Below are positions 35,717 to 48,100 of a DNA stretch of 64,000 nt, in pieces. Made by a program: the position numbers and the translations under genes. The notes below the pieces were generated by a model. The model searched no databases, was not told where the DNA came from, and saw only the letters and a list, made by a program, of their open reading frames with translations. The stretch is from Yuukianura sp. NJ FZ-2021 (Eukaryota), in contig CM102288.1 in the NCBI GenBank assembly GCA_046563655.1, forward strand, positions 5,332,001-5,396,000. The letters are read 5' to 3'. The stretch's first letter is position 1; each line of letters starts with the position of its first letter.

Positions 35717-38700
35717 ATGGCTGCCCTCATTCCATTGGTTCAATTTTTCAGTTTCATTTCCCGCTCACTTTTCCAACTTCTTTTGTCCTCTGAGTTTGTT
35801 ACCAAAATTTTTGAAATAGTTTCAAAAACTGAAATTTTCCCTCCAGTCTAAAAACAGGAGTGAAAAGAACACTAATGATTCCAAATTTGGAGTTAGAGGA
35901 GAGCGGAGAGGCGACGTCCTTTGTTGTCCTAGTTTTGAAACAATTTTTTGAAAAAGAGAAAGTTGAGGGAAACTTTCCGTTTTGAAAAATGTGCGGGAAA
36001 AAGAATTTGAAACCCTGGAGGCTGCCAAAACAAAAAGCAACTGGAAGTTCACATCGCAGTGGAGTTTTGCTGCCGGAGTAAAGTTGAATTTTGTTCAGCC
36101 ACGACAGAAATTATGATGATGAGGCGTCTCCCTTCACCTCCTCTTCTTTTCCGCTATCCAGCTTCTAATGAAACTCAAAACTTCAAAAACGTCATTTGAA
36201 CTGACGTTATGCAGGCTTTGAACAAAACACAAATAAACTTAGGAAAAACCGTGGAGATTTTTGCTAATTTGCAATTTTTGGCAATTTCCTTCCACGCTTT
36301 TAGTAACAGAAAGTTCCACGCCTCGTTCCTACTTTCCCTTCAACCAAATTTGAATTTAATTCGAAAATGACTGTGAACTAATGTGAAATTTGGGACATGG
36401 AACTAAGGAACAAGCTATAATAAAAAAAAAGTAACCAAGCAGGATTTGTACTCACGTCTATCTCTACCATGAAAGACACTTCAAGCCAGTGGGCTTGAAT
36501 TTTTTTCACATAGGGGTCTTACGATTTGAAAATGACGCAAAATTGGTAAACTCGTATCTTTTTTTTTTTTGAAATTTGGATGTTTGTGGAAGTTCTTTTG
36601 GGAATGTGAAATTTTAAATCCTTTAAATCCTTAAATTGGATCCTGAGCGTCTTCCCCGCTGTGCGAAGTTTCTCAGAAAGATCATGTTGGAGACGATACC
36701 TTTCCCGAAGGCCAAAAGGAAAAATAACCGGAAGACTGCAGTGGAAAGCTTGGCGCGAAAAGGATTCTCCGTTTTGAATTTAAGCTCAAAACGATACAAA
36801 TCTTATTTTTGATAGTTTTGGAGGAAAATTTGAAGCTTCAAAGCCTACTTAGTCAAACGAAAAGACAAAAAAAAAGGGATTTTCATTATTCAATTCAATT
36901 GGCTTCTCAAAAGTAATAGCTTCAAAAGCAATCGTTCAAAAATATAAACTGACAACTTTGAGCAATGACAATTACATCTAAAACGATTTTAGCAACAAAA
37001 TATTTCATCAGACAAATTGTGTTTTAGGCGCAAAAAAAATTAAAACAGTTGAGGAAAAACTGTTTAACGGGAAAAATAAAACGGCGTTTGCCGTTAAAAA
37101 AAGCTTTTTTTTGAAATGCTGCGTGATCAGTAAAAAAATGGTCGGGAAATTTCTTTGATCCGGGTCGTTGTATGCCTCTCGTATTACATTAATTTCCTCT
37201 TTAGTCGAAAGGAAAACAGGATATTCACTTATTTATTTTTCTTCCGGCTCAACTTACACTTCCTTCCAACTACTTTCACCTTAAACCTAACCAATTTGAA
37301 CCTTATTTTCAAAAATTCAATTTTTTGTAAATCCTTCAATCCTATTTCGGCATCGCCTTTTTTCAAAATTTGTCTACTCAAATTTAAATCTGAAAAGAAC
37401 AAATAAAAAGGAAAAGGAAATTGGATTTTGCCGACGGAGGATCATGTGTATAAGATAAATCCTTTACTAATGGTGTGTTTGTTTATGTAAGTAGCATAAA
37501 ATTATGTTTCGGTTCAAAGGGCTAAATTCCGACCTAACATAACACAACAAAAAAATAGTATAAAATAAAAAAATATATAGTATAACATAACTTCGTCGCC
37601 GTATCCTCCTAATCTGTCGTAGTATCATAATGCCATTCTGAAACCTAACAAGCAATCAGATCGAAAAGTGCCAGGAAACGATATCACTTTCACTTCTTTT
37701 TTTTCTTTAAAAAAAAAATAGAAAAGTTGGAAATTCAGCGAAGTGAAAATAGTTGTATTGAAAGTGGCTCCTTTTTTGAAATTTTGTCTTAAAATAGATC
37801 TTCTTAGGGAGGGATTGGGAGATCAAGGACTTTTCTAGCCAATACCTTCCAGGGGAATACTGGACTTCCAAATTGGATTTGGACTCGAACTTACCTTCAG
37901 TGAGTCTAACAACGTCCAATTTGCTTGTCGTCTCTAGCCACTTCCACTTTCACTTTTTTCATACCAAGCCTAACAAAATCTAACGTAAAAAAAACAGGAA
38001 AAAGTGATATGCCTTTACACCGAAAACCTCTTGGATTTGAATTGAATTTGAATAACGAGGGTAAAAGTCGGCATGATCTTCTCTCCATGCGAAAAAATTC
38101 AAATTCAAACTTTCGTTCCTGCTCTCGGCAGATCCAGAATCACATAAAACATAAATTTTATAACATCATGCACTCACACCCTCCTCGCTCTCTTGTTTTG
38201 TTCAAACGGGTCATTTTTCAAACGACTTTTGATTTTCACAAAAGTTTAGGTTAGGTGATGTTCTGAGAGAGAAAATGTCTGACCTTTCCATTTTCCAAAA
38301 TTGACCTCTCGAACAAAAGCACTAAACTAAAGAAAAGTGTCAACGATTCAGGAACCAGTCACGGACAGAGCGGCTAAATTTGAACTTTGGTGGACCAGAA
38401 AAGAGCGGGAGTTTGGATCCAACATAAACATGTCCATTATACATTACCATAAATTACTCCTACACGATGCCTCGAAACCTGGCGCAAGCTTTCAAACCAA
38501 CAACTTTCTCCGAAAGGCACAATGCACAAACGGAGCCAAAAAAAAATTCGAAAAAAAAATTCCTGAAAACATGGAACTGTGAGTCAGACTTTTTCCTTAA
38601 TGGAAAACCTACTCCAGCAGCACCAAACTTTTCCTGAATTTCATTTCAATTTTCTTTGTCCTTATCTGTTCCACAGCAGACGAAAAAGTGAAGAAGAAAG

Positions 38701-40909
38701 AAAAACGCGGGAAAAACTTGAAAAAAAGAACACGGCGCGCCGTGGTTTGAGAAAGCAGTAAAGTGCAGATTTTGAAACACGGCGAGTTTGAGGCACCGCT
38801 GGAATGTTACAGAATGTTTACAAACGTCGAGATTTCTAAAACTGTGGAATTTTATATAACATAAAAAAAGAGCGGAGGGAGTAACTATACTAAAAATGAG
38901 TAATTTTTCCTCTGCACAGCCATACGGAGTCATTAAGCATACTTAAAGTGGGAGAGAAATTAAAGACTTTCACTTTTGTAGAAAGTGGATTTGTGCAAAT
39001 GAAGAAAAAGATGGGGAGGTCATCAACTAATTTTTTAAATTACTTTCTCCCGAGCACGCAATTTTCCGGTTTCTGCTACTGAAATGGGAGTTACAGACCA
39101 TTGTAAATCATTTCCTTCCTTCTTACTACTTTTCTGCTTTTGCATATTCCCAAATTACCGTTAATTGCACTCTCAGCTTTCCGTAAATCATCAACTTTTT
39201 TTCTCAGAATTCCAAAACTGAAAAATTTTTTAACTAAATCTCCTCTTTATGAATCTCCGAAGGAACATTAGAGTTGCAAAAGCTGAAAATTTCAACCCGA
39301 GCGAACTTTGGAGTAGTTTTGTGCAGAAACTTTTTGGAAAATCTAAAACGTAGTGCTTTATTACAAAATGTAGCACCAAAATTTTTGAGAATAGGAACTT
39401 TTTAACTTTTTTAGGGAGATTGAAAACGTTTTTAAAATTTTTTGAAGAAACGACTAAAATGACTTGTGTGCTGAGTAAATTAAAGGAAGAGAAGGTGAAG
39501 ATCGATTGAAGTGGAATTGAGGCGTGCGGGCGTATGATCTTTCCATCCATTTGCATCACGTCTTCCACTTCCGCTTGAGCGAAATTCCTCCAGAAATAGC
39601 GCGGGAAAATTCAACTTTTATGTGAAAGGGGTTGGTGCTATCTGCGTTTGAAAGTGAAAGTGAATAGACTAGCACCTATATTTCCATCTTTCCGTTTTAG
39701 ATGTTCTGAACAAGACAGGACTTTCTCCTTAGGTTTGGTCCAAGTTAGGTTAGTCTATAATTCACTTTTTATCTTTTTCCGCATTTCCAACAGGAGAATA
39801 TTCACGTGGGTCCAATGAACTTCAAGCTGAAATGCAAAGCGTGAAATACAAAGTGAAACCAGCTTTGGAATTTCGGAAACCAACATTTTGTTTTCCCGCC
39901 TTCTCTTTGGTTCCAAAATTGTGGTTGGTTTTTGTGGCTTTTCCAAAAATAGTCAAAATTTGAAATCTCTTCTGCTGTAGTAAGATCGTGTGCATGCGGT
40001 TAGATTTATGAGATCTCCTTACAAAGAACTGAAAAACCTCCATTTCATGGAAACTGGAGCAGCACGAGTGAAAAACATTTTGAGCAGTGAAATTTGGAGA
40101 GAAAGTGGAGGAAGTCGGTGTAGTAAGAATTGCTTCTGGCTGTCAGTGGATGTAGAGGTGGCACGAAATGAAACTTGGCTCCTTTTGTCAGGAAATGGAG
40201 AAAATTCAATTGAAAAATGCACTGAGAGAGGATTTTGGAACAAATAGACTCCGTTAGTTGAGGCTGTATGTGAAGGCACAATGCAATTTCCAAATTTAGT
40301 TGTGGGAAAAGGTGAAAGAGAAAAGCTATTTTGAAAAAAATGGAGCAGCTTTGGAACTTTTGAAGAAAAAATCGACTTTTCAGTTTTCTAAAACCCTGAG
40401 TAGCTCAAGTGTGACGGTCGTCGTCCGAGGCTTCTTTTGGACGACGTAGCCCACATGCTTCTTGTGCAGCACAATGAAAAGAGGAGGATTCCAAAAGCTT
40501 TGGAAAGAGAAAGCCCTTTTTCCTCTAAAAGTACACACCCGAGCGTCGTTCCATGTGTTTTAGTCAACTGCAAAACTGTCAACACTATTTAACCGACAAC
40601 AAAACTGTTAAAATCCGATTTTTAGGTTTGGTTCTTATATTTATTTATATTTATGGTCTCACATTTAATCTAACCAAAGTGGAAGCACAATTACATTTTC
40701 GAAACAAAAAAAAATAAAGTTTCTGTGACAAATAATAAATTTAACAATAATAACATTTTTAAAACATTTTTAAAAAATATACGCTTTGCGGTGATTCCTT
40801 TGTCATCGGCGTTGGTGTTGCAATGTAGTGGACGCGTCAATTTTGTTTTACAGTGTTGTTAAGGTACAGGTTTGCAGTTACCGTATTTACCTGTCGAAAT
40901 TCTTTTTGG

Positions 40910-41230
40910 TTATGTTGACGCTTTTGGAGTTGACAAATTTGCTTGTTTTTTGTAGTCCACAATTCCTCAAAACCAATTCAACTTTATGTGATCACTTTTG
41001 TAGTTGACATATATTTCTGGAAAATTTCTGTATTTAAATGTTTAGAGTTGACATATTTGTTGCTGAAAATTATTTTTAGCTACTGCTTAGTCTACTCTGC
41101 TGAAGTTGACGTATTTGTTTCTGAAAACTCTAAATACATAGGATGACGTTAACCTTTTTGCAGTTGACATGTTTGTTTCTAAAAATTTGTTTTAGTTACC
41201 ATTTACACTTTATGAGTTGACATATTTGTC
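40910..41230. repeat. Degenerate repeat with core AGTTGACATATTT
   Basis: About 7 copies of the core, several followed by (T)CTGAAAA-like sequence, at irregular spacing. Confidence 0.5.
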
Positions 41231-42104
41231 TCTGAAAATTCGTTTCAGCTCCGCACAGATGGAACTTACCGTCATGTTAAGACTGCACCGCGAGAAGCTT
41301 CTGGTGAAAGTTCAGTTTTTCGTGTCTTTTTTCCTTTCAGTTCCTACTGCTGCCTTGTTGGGTCGAAGACAGTGCTTGATTGTTGGTCAAGTGCCAAATT
41401 CCTTCGTCCACCATCCTATTGAACCTCCATGTCTCCAGATCTACTTCCTCCGAGACCTGCTTCTCCTCTGAGATCATTTCAAGAGACAAGTTGGTGACAT
41501 GAGACATCGGAGACCATCCGGAGAAGAGGAGACTATGGGCTAAGAAACAAGAGGGATTCCAATTTGGAGCTTATGGCCAAATTCCACTCGGGCCAAAGTG
41601 GAAGTCAAATATGGTTGGACCCAGTGTCTTCCTGGAAAAAACAAATATGTTTGGACTCCCAGTTTCCCTGGAAGAAGTTGGAATTTGTGCGGCTGGATGC
41701 AATTGGTTGTGTGACTTCTATTGTCTCTGAGCTCCAGATTGGCACTCTGACAAAAGTGAAAGTGAAGGAGCCAAAAGGCATAGACTTTCGCTTGGATCCA
41801 AACCAAGTCTCGGTCCCATCGGAAAGTTGTGGATTTAAATGGAAATCAGTTTCACCCCACTCAGAATGGGCTTCATTTGAATTAAATGTGTGAAAACTAA
41901 GCTTATGCTGCTCCAACCTAACTGTGTTTTGTGCTCCAGTGACTCCAGCAGATGGTGGGTTGTGGACAACCAATCAGAGAGCTCGAGGAAGTTCATATAT
42001 GAAAGATGGAGAGTGGAATGTCAACAGTGAAGTGGAAGGTCAATTTGAGTAGAGGAGTGCATGAGTGAATGAAAGTTTATTTGAACAGAGGGAAAATTTG
42101 AATT

Positions 42105-45100
42105 ATGAATTTTGCCTTCACCGGCCGAGTCAATGAATTGAGCAGAACAAATGGAAATGGTGAGTGGTGGGCACTACGGATTCATCTCATACATCTCAGC
42201 CTCGTCTTCCTCATTCAGTTGCCGCAGTCTTGCAGTCCGGAAACCAAGTACAGGTAAGTAAATTTAGAATTATGTAACTTATGTTTGATGTAACTTGTGT
42301 TATGTTTGGTATACTTTCTTTATTTTATATCATGTTTTTTTTTGTGAAGAATTGCTTAGAGCTGACATTTTGGGGCGCCGTATCTGTAAAAAAGTGTGTC
42401 TGTTTTCTACGTGTGTGTGAGAGAGATCCGGTGACCTCTGACCTCTCGTGTACTTTTTTTGTTTAGCAGTCGAGTAGTGGAGACAGCTTACGGAAGTCTG
42501 CGTGGGATCATAATTCCAAGGTCAGGGAGCATGCCGAGGGACGTGGAGGCGTATCTGGGGATTCCCTATGCCTCTGCCCCTGCAGCCTCTCTTCGTTTCA
42601 TGCCCCCTCTCACCCCCAGTCACTTTCCGGACATAAGGATTGCAGACAAGTTCGGACCAGCATGTCCACAGCTCCTGCCGGATCTAGCCAACCGAACTCA
42701 CGCTCTTGCCAAAATGCCTTTACTCAAGTATACGCGTCTCCTTGACACGCTGCACCTCCTCTCCAATCAGAGCGAAGACTGTCTCTACCTCAACGTCTAT
42801 CTTCCAAAACCAGGTTAGTCCATACCATTTACTTCACAATTTTGTTCCCACTCTCAAAAAGTTAAAAACTTTCCAACAAAAGGTGTTCAAAATCAAAAGT
42901 TCAACAAATTCTAAATATTTAGTAAAATTTTTAAACTTCTGAATTGACGCGCTTTTAATACGGTGTGAATTTCACTAAAAACTTTTACTCGCGAAATTGG
43001 CCAGTACATGTTTCAATTTTTCATCGCGAGGTGTAATGAGTTGCGAAAAATTTATCTCGGCACGGTTTTGTCGCGAGGAAACAATTCATAAATTTTTTCA
43101 ACCGTCCGTCATGAAAATAACATTCCGTCATGAAAAAATCATTTTGAATTTCAAAATTTTTCAATAATTTTGAAAAGTGGAGTTTGGAGTTCCTGTTTAA
43201 CCTGAAATTTCACTCAGTTTTGCTACCAAATTAATACTGACTGAGAGTCGAGTACTTTAAGTGGTTAAGCTCTTAACTGCGCACAACTCCACGAGTTGTA
43301 TTCCTTGTGCTTTCCCGTTGTCATCACAATTAAGTGGATTCTCTGCTACCTCCGTAGACACAATAGAAGACACAAAAGACACAATTTTCCCGGGCTCATT
43401 TCAATTGGGAACAAGTGGAGCAAAGAAGACTTTAAGTTATGTTAGGTTATGCACCTAACTTGAAGCGAATACTAAAACTAACAATAGACTTTATAGTCAG
43501 TCTGTCGTTCTGGACAGACTCCCCTACTAATGACTGCCAGAAGTGGGAGCCATTCTGTGCAGCTCTGAATGGAAAAGTGGAGAAAGCCACTTTGTCGATG
43601 GAGAAAGTCAAGAGATTTTAATTTCCTGGAGTGTCATAATTACTCCACTCCAAAACAGAACTTTGGTTATTCAAACCTAACCTAACGAAACTCTTTTTTG
43701 AGTTATGGAGTTACTGTGTTTGTAGCAAAAGTTTTCCCGCCGTACCACATTGGCGGGAAAATTTTAAAAAGCAGACTTTTGGAGAGTTTTTGGAGGTCAA
43801 AGGTCATAAATCCCAGAGATGCGAATCAGTCGTGACACTTCGCTTGGACCAAGTTAAAGTTGGAGTTTGGCGCGAACAAAGAGCGAGCGTTAAACGGCAC
43901 TTAAATGTCCCCATTTGTCAACCTGCCACTGACTGAATTTTGCACTGTTGGAATTTGTGCAATTCAGCAAAAATTTGGTGATTTTGGCGGATTTGAGTTC
44001 AGTTCAAAACAATTTGGAAAATGCCAATTTGAAAAATTCTCTTTCCTTTGTATTTCTCTTGTCAAATGCTGCAATTTGGAGAAAGTGACTTACGGTTTTC
44101 AATTCTAAAGAGAAAGTGAATGGAATTGGTTAGGTGCCTAACGTAAAGAATAGACTAGTGAGTCCTGATGGTCTGTACTTCCTTGTGCTGTAAATTGAAG
44201 TTCCTTTGTTAATTTCCATTGGATCACTTCCAATACTACCCTGAATGAAGTTCCTTTGAACAGATTTCTCTTTGAATCCAATGAACAAGAATTAGATGGG
44301 CAGGAATGCCGGGTCTTTCTACACATTCAATTCCTGACATACGCACAATAGAAAAAGAACAGAATATATGGAAGAAAAGACGCAGCAAAAAAAAAAGTTA
44401 AATGCAAAAAGTTTTTTGAATTTAAATGATAAAGTCTGTTTACAAAAGAAGTTTTTATGATTATATGCAGGTTAGTTTAAACTAATTAGTTAATAAACAA
44501 TTAAGTTTAATTTGTTTTCAGATGACCAAAAAGTGAAAGGTCAAGGGTCAAAGTCCCCTGGATTGGCGATTGCAGTGATTCTGCATGGAGATTCCTGGGA
44601 GTGGGGTTCCGGAAGCCTCGTGGACGGATCCGCTTTCGCCAGTCTCGGAAACATTGTGGTTGTTACGCTCAATTATCGATTAGGAATTTTGGGTAAGTTT
44701 CAAAATTTCAAAAGATTTTTACCAAATTGAACTCTAAAAAAGCCACTTCAAAAAATCTTTTTCCTCAAAAAGTTAAGCCATAAGCAATGAAAACTGAGCT
44801 TCACTTTTTACTTTTAATCCGCCGGTCAGCATTTTCAGTTGAAAGAACTTTGCCAACTGTTCACTTTTTACAGCTTTCACTTTCGAGGATTTTTGAACCG
44901 CAGAAAAAGTTTAATTAAAGCGACAGTACAATTTGAATTTTGGTCCATGTCAGCATTTTTCCGGGTTTCTGAATCCTCACTGATTTCATTCAAATTCATG
45001 AAAGACTGATTTTTCCAAATCCTTGCCCCCGCGCTTCAATCTGTTTCTAAACAACAAACTTTGAAACGTGTGTGTCAATTCCTGCGGCAATTCCTTCCCG

Positions 45101-48100
45101 CCCTCCACGAATTAAATTCCATCCAACCGTAGTTAGTCGCTGCTCCAACTGTGCAGTTTAGTTACTCCGACTGTCCAAAGGCTCAAAGAAAGCGGAAACA
45201 TCAAACTCAACCTACTGGAAACTCACTCAAATCCTCTAATTACCCTCCATTCAAGTTAACATGCGTCATCGCAGAATCTCTTAAATTAAAACCCTCTCGT
45301 TTCAAAATCCAATACTTTCATTTTTCGAAATTTTCTACCTGTCAGCAAACTGAAAGTGAAAGCGGTATAAAAATGAAGCTACCTCCATTTTCAGACCATT
45401 TCAAAATGGTCTGAAAATGGAGGTAGAAGCTAGAATTGAGAAGCGAGTTATATCAACTGGATAAGGCAATATGGCGGGAAGAAAAAATGCAAAATGGTCT
45501 GATAGTGGGGAGAAAAGCGTAGAAATGAGAGAAAATGTATCGTGATTGGGCAAAAAGGTCTGAAATGCAGCGAAAAGGTCCGAAATGCAACGAAAAGATC
45601 CGAAATGATGTAGAAAGGTCTGGAGTTGAGAAAAGAGACCTGAGATAAGAAAAACGGTTTGAAAGTGAGCAAGAAAGGTCGAAAGTAAACAAAAAGGTTC
45701 GAATTGAAAAACCGTTGGGGAAAAGGTTCGAAATTGAAAACGGTCTGGAAAAAGGTCCGAAATGCGGGGAAAAGTATCGAATGAGGGAAAACTCAGCGGA
45801 AAACTCTTGATCGCGGAAAATGGTCCGAAGAAAAGGTCTGAACAAGTGAAAATGGTTCCCAAAAGAGAGAAAATGGTCTTAAAAGAGGAAAAGAAGCAAA
45901 AAAAATGACGGAGGAGGGCTTGACGGCAGAGGAATTAATGGGGAAAGAGATTTATTTTGTGTTCCACTTTGAGAGGAGAAGAAAACAGGGAAAGGAGCCC
46001 CTCCCCATTAATGCAGATTCTTCCCACCCCGCCCCCTTGGCACCCAACTTCTTTTTTCAAAGGCTAAACGCAGCAAGGGCCTCCAAAATTTCCGTTTCCC
46101 TTTGAACCTTCACCACATCACTCGAACTTTCTCTTTTGAACATTTGAAATTCCGACTCACCAGCTGTCTTCTGCCTTGTAATTTCTTGTTTAACTTTTAA
46201 TTCAATTCTCTTTGATCTCTAAGAGCATCACCATTGCAACAGTGCCAAATTTAACCTTACTTTAAGGTACTATTACCGCAAACCACAAGGATTTCAACTG
46301 AAAAGCTCAAAGTGCGTCCTACATCATGTATTAAATAACTTTCCACATCAAACACACACTATTATTGTACGGACTTTGTTTATGTCAGGTCGTGGTACCC
46401 ACCTTTAACTAAATTTTAAGCCTAACTTATACTGAAAACGTCGAAAACTTAAAAATGTGAGTAGAATACAAAAATGAATAGGAACAAAGTTGAATAGTCT
46501 AAAGAAATATAAGTTGAACCAAGCCGGAGTCGAACTCGCGACCCCTTTACCAGCGAAGCTAAATTCTTTTTGCAATAAACCAAATGTTAGACTTTTCGAT
46601 TTCTGGTTTCTATGTTTTAGAATTTTTTCTTAATCATTTTCTTTTTGGTCAGTTTTACTTTTAAGTTTTCTTTAAAATTTTTTGATTGCAGAAGCACTCT
46701 AAAACCACATTGAAAGAGAAAGTCTGGTTTGGCAATTTTTTTGTGTGTAAAGAAATTTAGTTCGAGTTGAAACGTTTCCTTTTCGGCGGGAACCCGCTTC
46801 AAACTCCATTTCGAAAATTTGAAAGCATTTCAGAAAGTTTTTCCTTGTTGGTCAAAAGAAAAGTTGAGTAAGCCTTAACCGAATTTTCCCGCTCTTTCTT
46901 CAGTTCTCAGAGCCATGTTAGGTTAGCCTACCTTTAGGTTACTTAAGGCCTAGCCTTTGTTAGAGTGACTTTATGTTAGGCTGGACCTAGGTTTGTTCTA
47001 TTTTGAGCATTCGGTGGAGAAAGTAGTGGAGAAACCAAGTAATTCCTTCCTTTCATTGACCAGTGAGTCCTTTCCATTCAACTTAAACACACCAAAATCT
47101 CATTCCGCCCGCTGCTTTTCCTGCGGGAACTTTCAAAACTTTCCTGCAAAGGCCGAAAGAAAAACATCATTACGAGAGAAGAGCCACCCCTACTTCTGGT
47201 CCCACCGGCTCCACCCGGAATCTGCACTTGTCCTTCATGCAATCCCAAGCCATAAATTAACCAGAGCACATCATTACACATGCGATGCAGATAGTGCTGG
47301 TGGTAGTAGAGCCACCACCACATTTAGCTTTCACTTTTTCCTTTCACTTTTGCTTTTTACCGCCAGCGTCGAAAGCAAAACTAAAAGATTTAGTGGCTGT
47401 TCAAGAATAATGAGTCTGTCAAAAAAAAGTTAAACTGGAACAACGAGGACGTGAAAAGATTTCAATCAATATTGCCCCTCAGCGTTCACGTTTCACTTTT
47501 TAGAAAAAAGAATGTAAAAAATTGACACTTTCAAAAAATAACAACTTTTTTTAACTATTTTTTTAAACGTAGGTTTTCTGCAGACGAGTAGTCAGCAAGG
47601 GAACTTCGCCATCATGGACATCGTTGCCGCCTTAAATTGGATTCGGGAAAACGGAGCTGCCTTCGGAGGTGACCCGAGTCGAGTGACTTTGATTGGACAC
47701 CGCACGGGAGCAGTGCTGGCCAACTTCCTCATGCTGGCTCCAGTGGCAACAGGCAAGTGACAAGCCCTGAGGATAGGTTTAGATTAGGCTAACCTAAGAG
47801 TTTAGGTTAAGATTTGGATAACCTAAGAGGCCATGTTAGGCTACCAGAATTGTGGCCATGGTTCCTAATCCGGTGGTCTATCAAGACGAAGGACACACTT
47901 CACTTGTCACGCAGGACGAGGATAAAGACGCTTTTGGCTCCAAATTGGCATCATCATTATTTCCTCCACAAGCGACTGGAGCGGAGTGACGGCAGTATTT
48001 TAAAACTGGCGCCTTTCAAGATCTGTCGCTGCAGCTAATGACGCTTCGAAGCGCGCTGTTCGATCAGAAGCCGCATAAATAGATTCTAAAACCAATCAAT

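Noticed and set aside
41540..41973. ORFs of 88-122 aa upstream of neuroligin
   Set aside because: No motifs, and not in frame with neuroligin (a stop precedes ATG 42105). Probably 5'UTR.
45401..45862. Three overlapping minus-strand ORFs of 74-153 aa
   Set aside because: Stop-free by-products of a purine-rich minisatellite.
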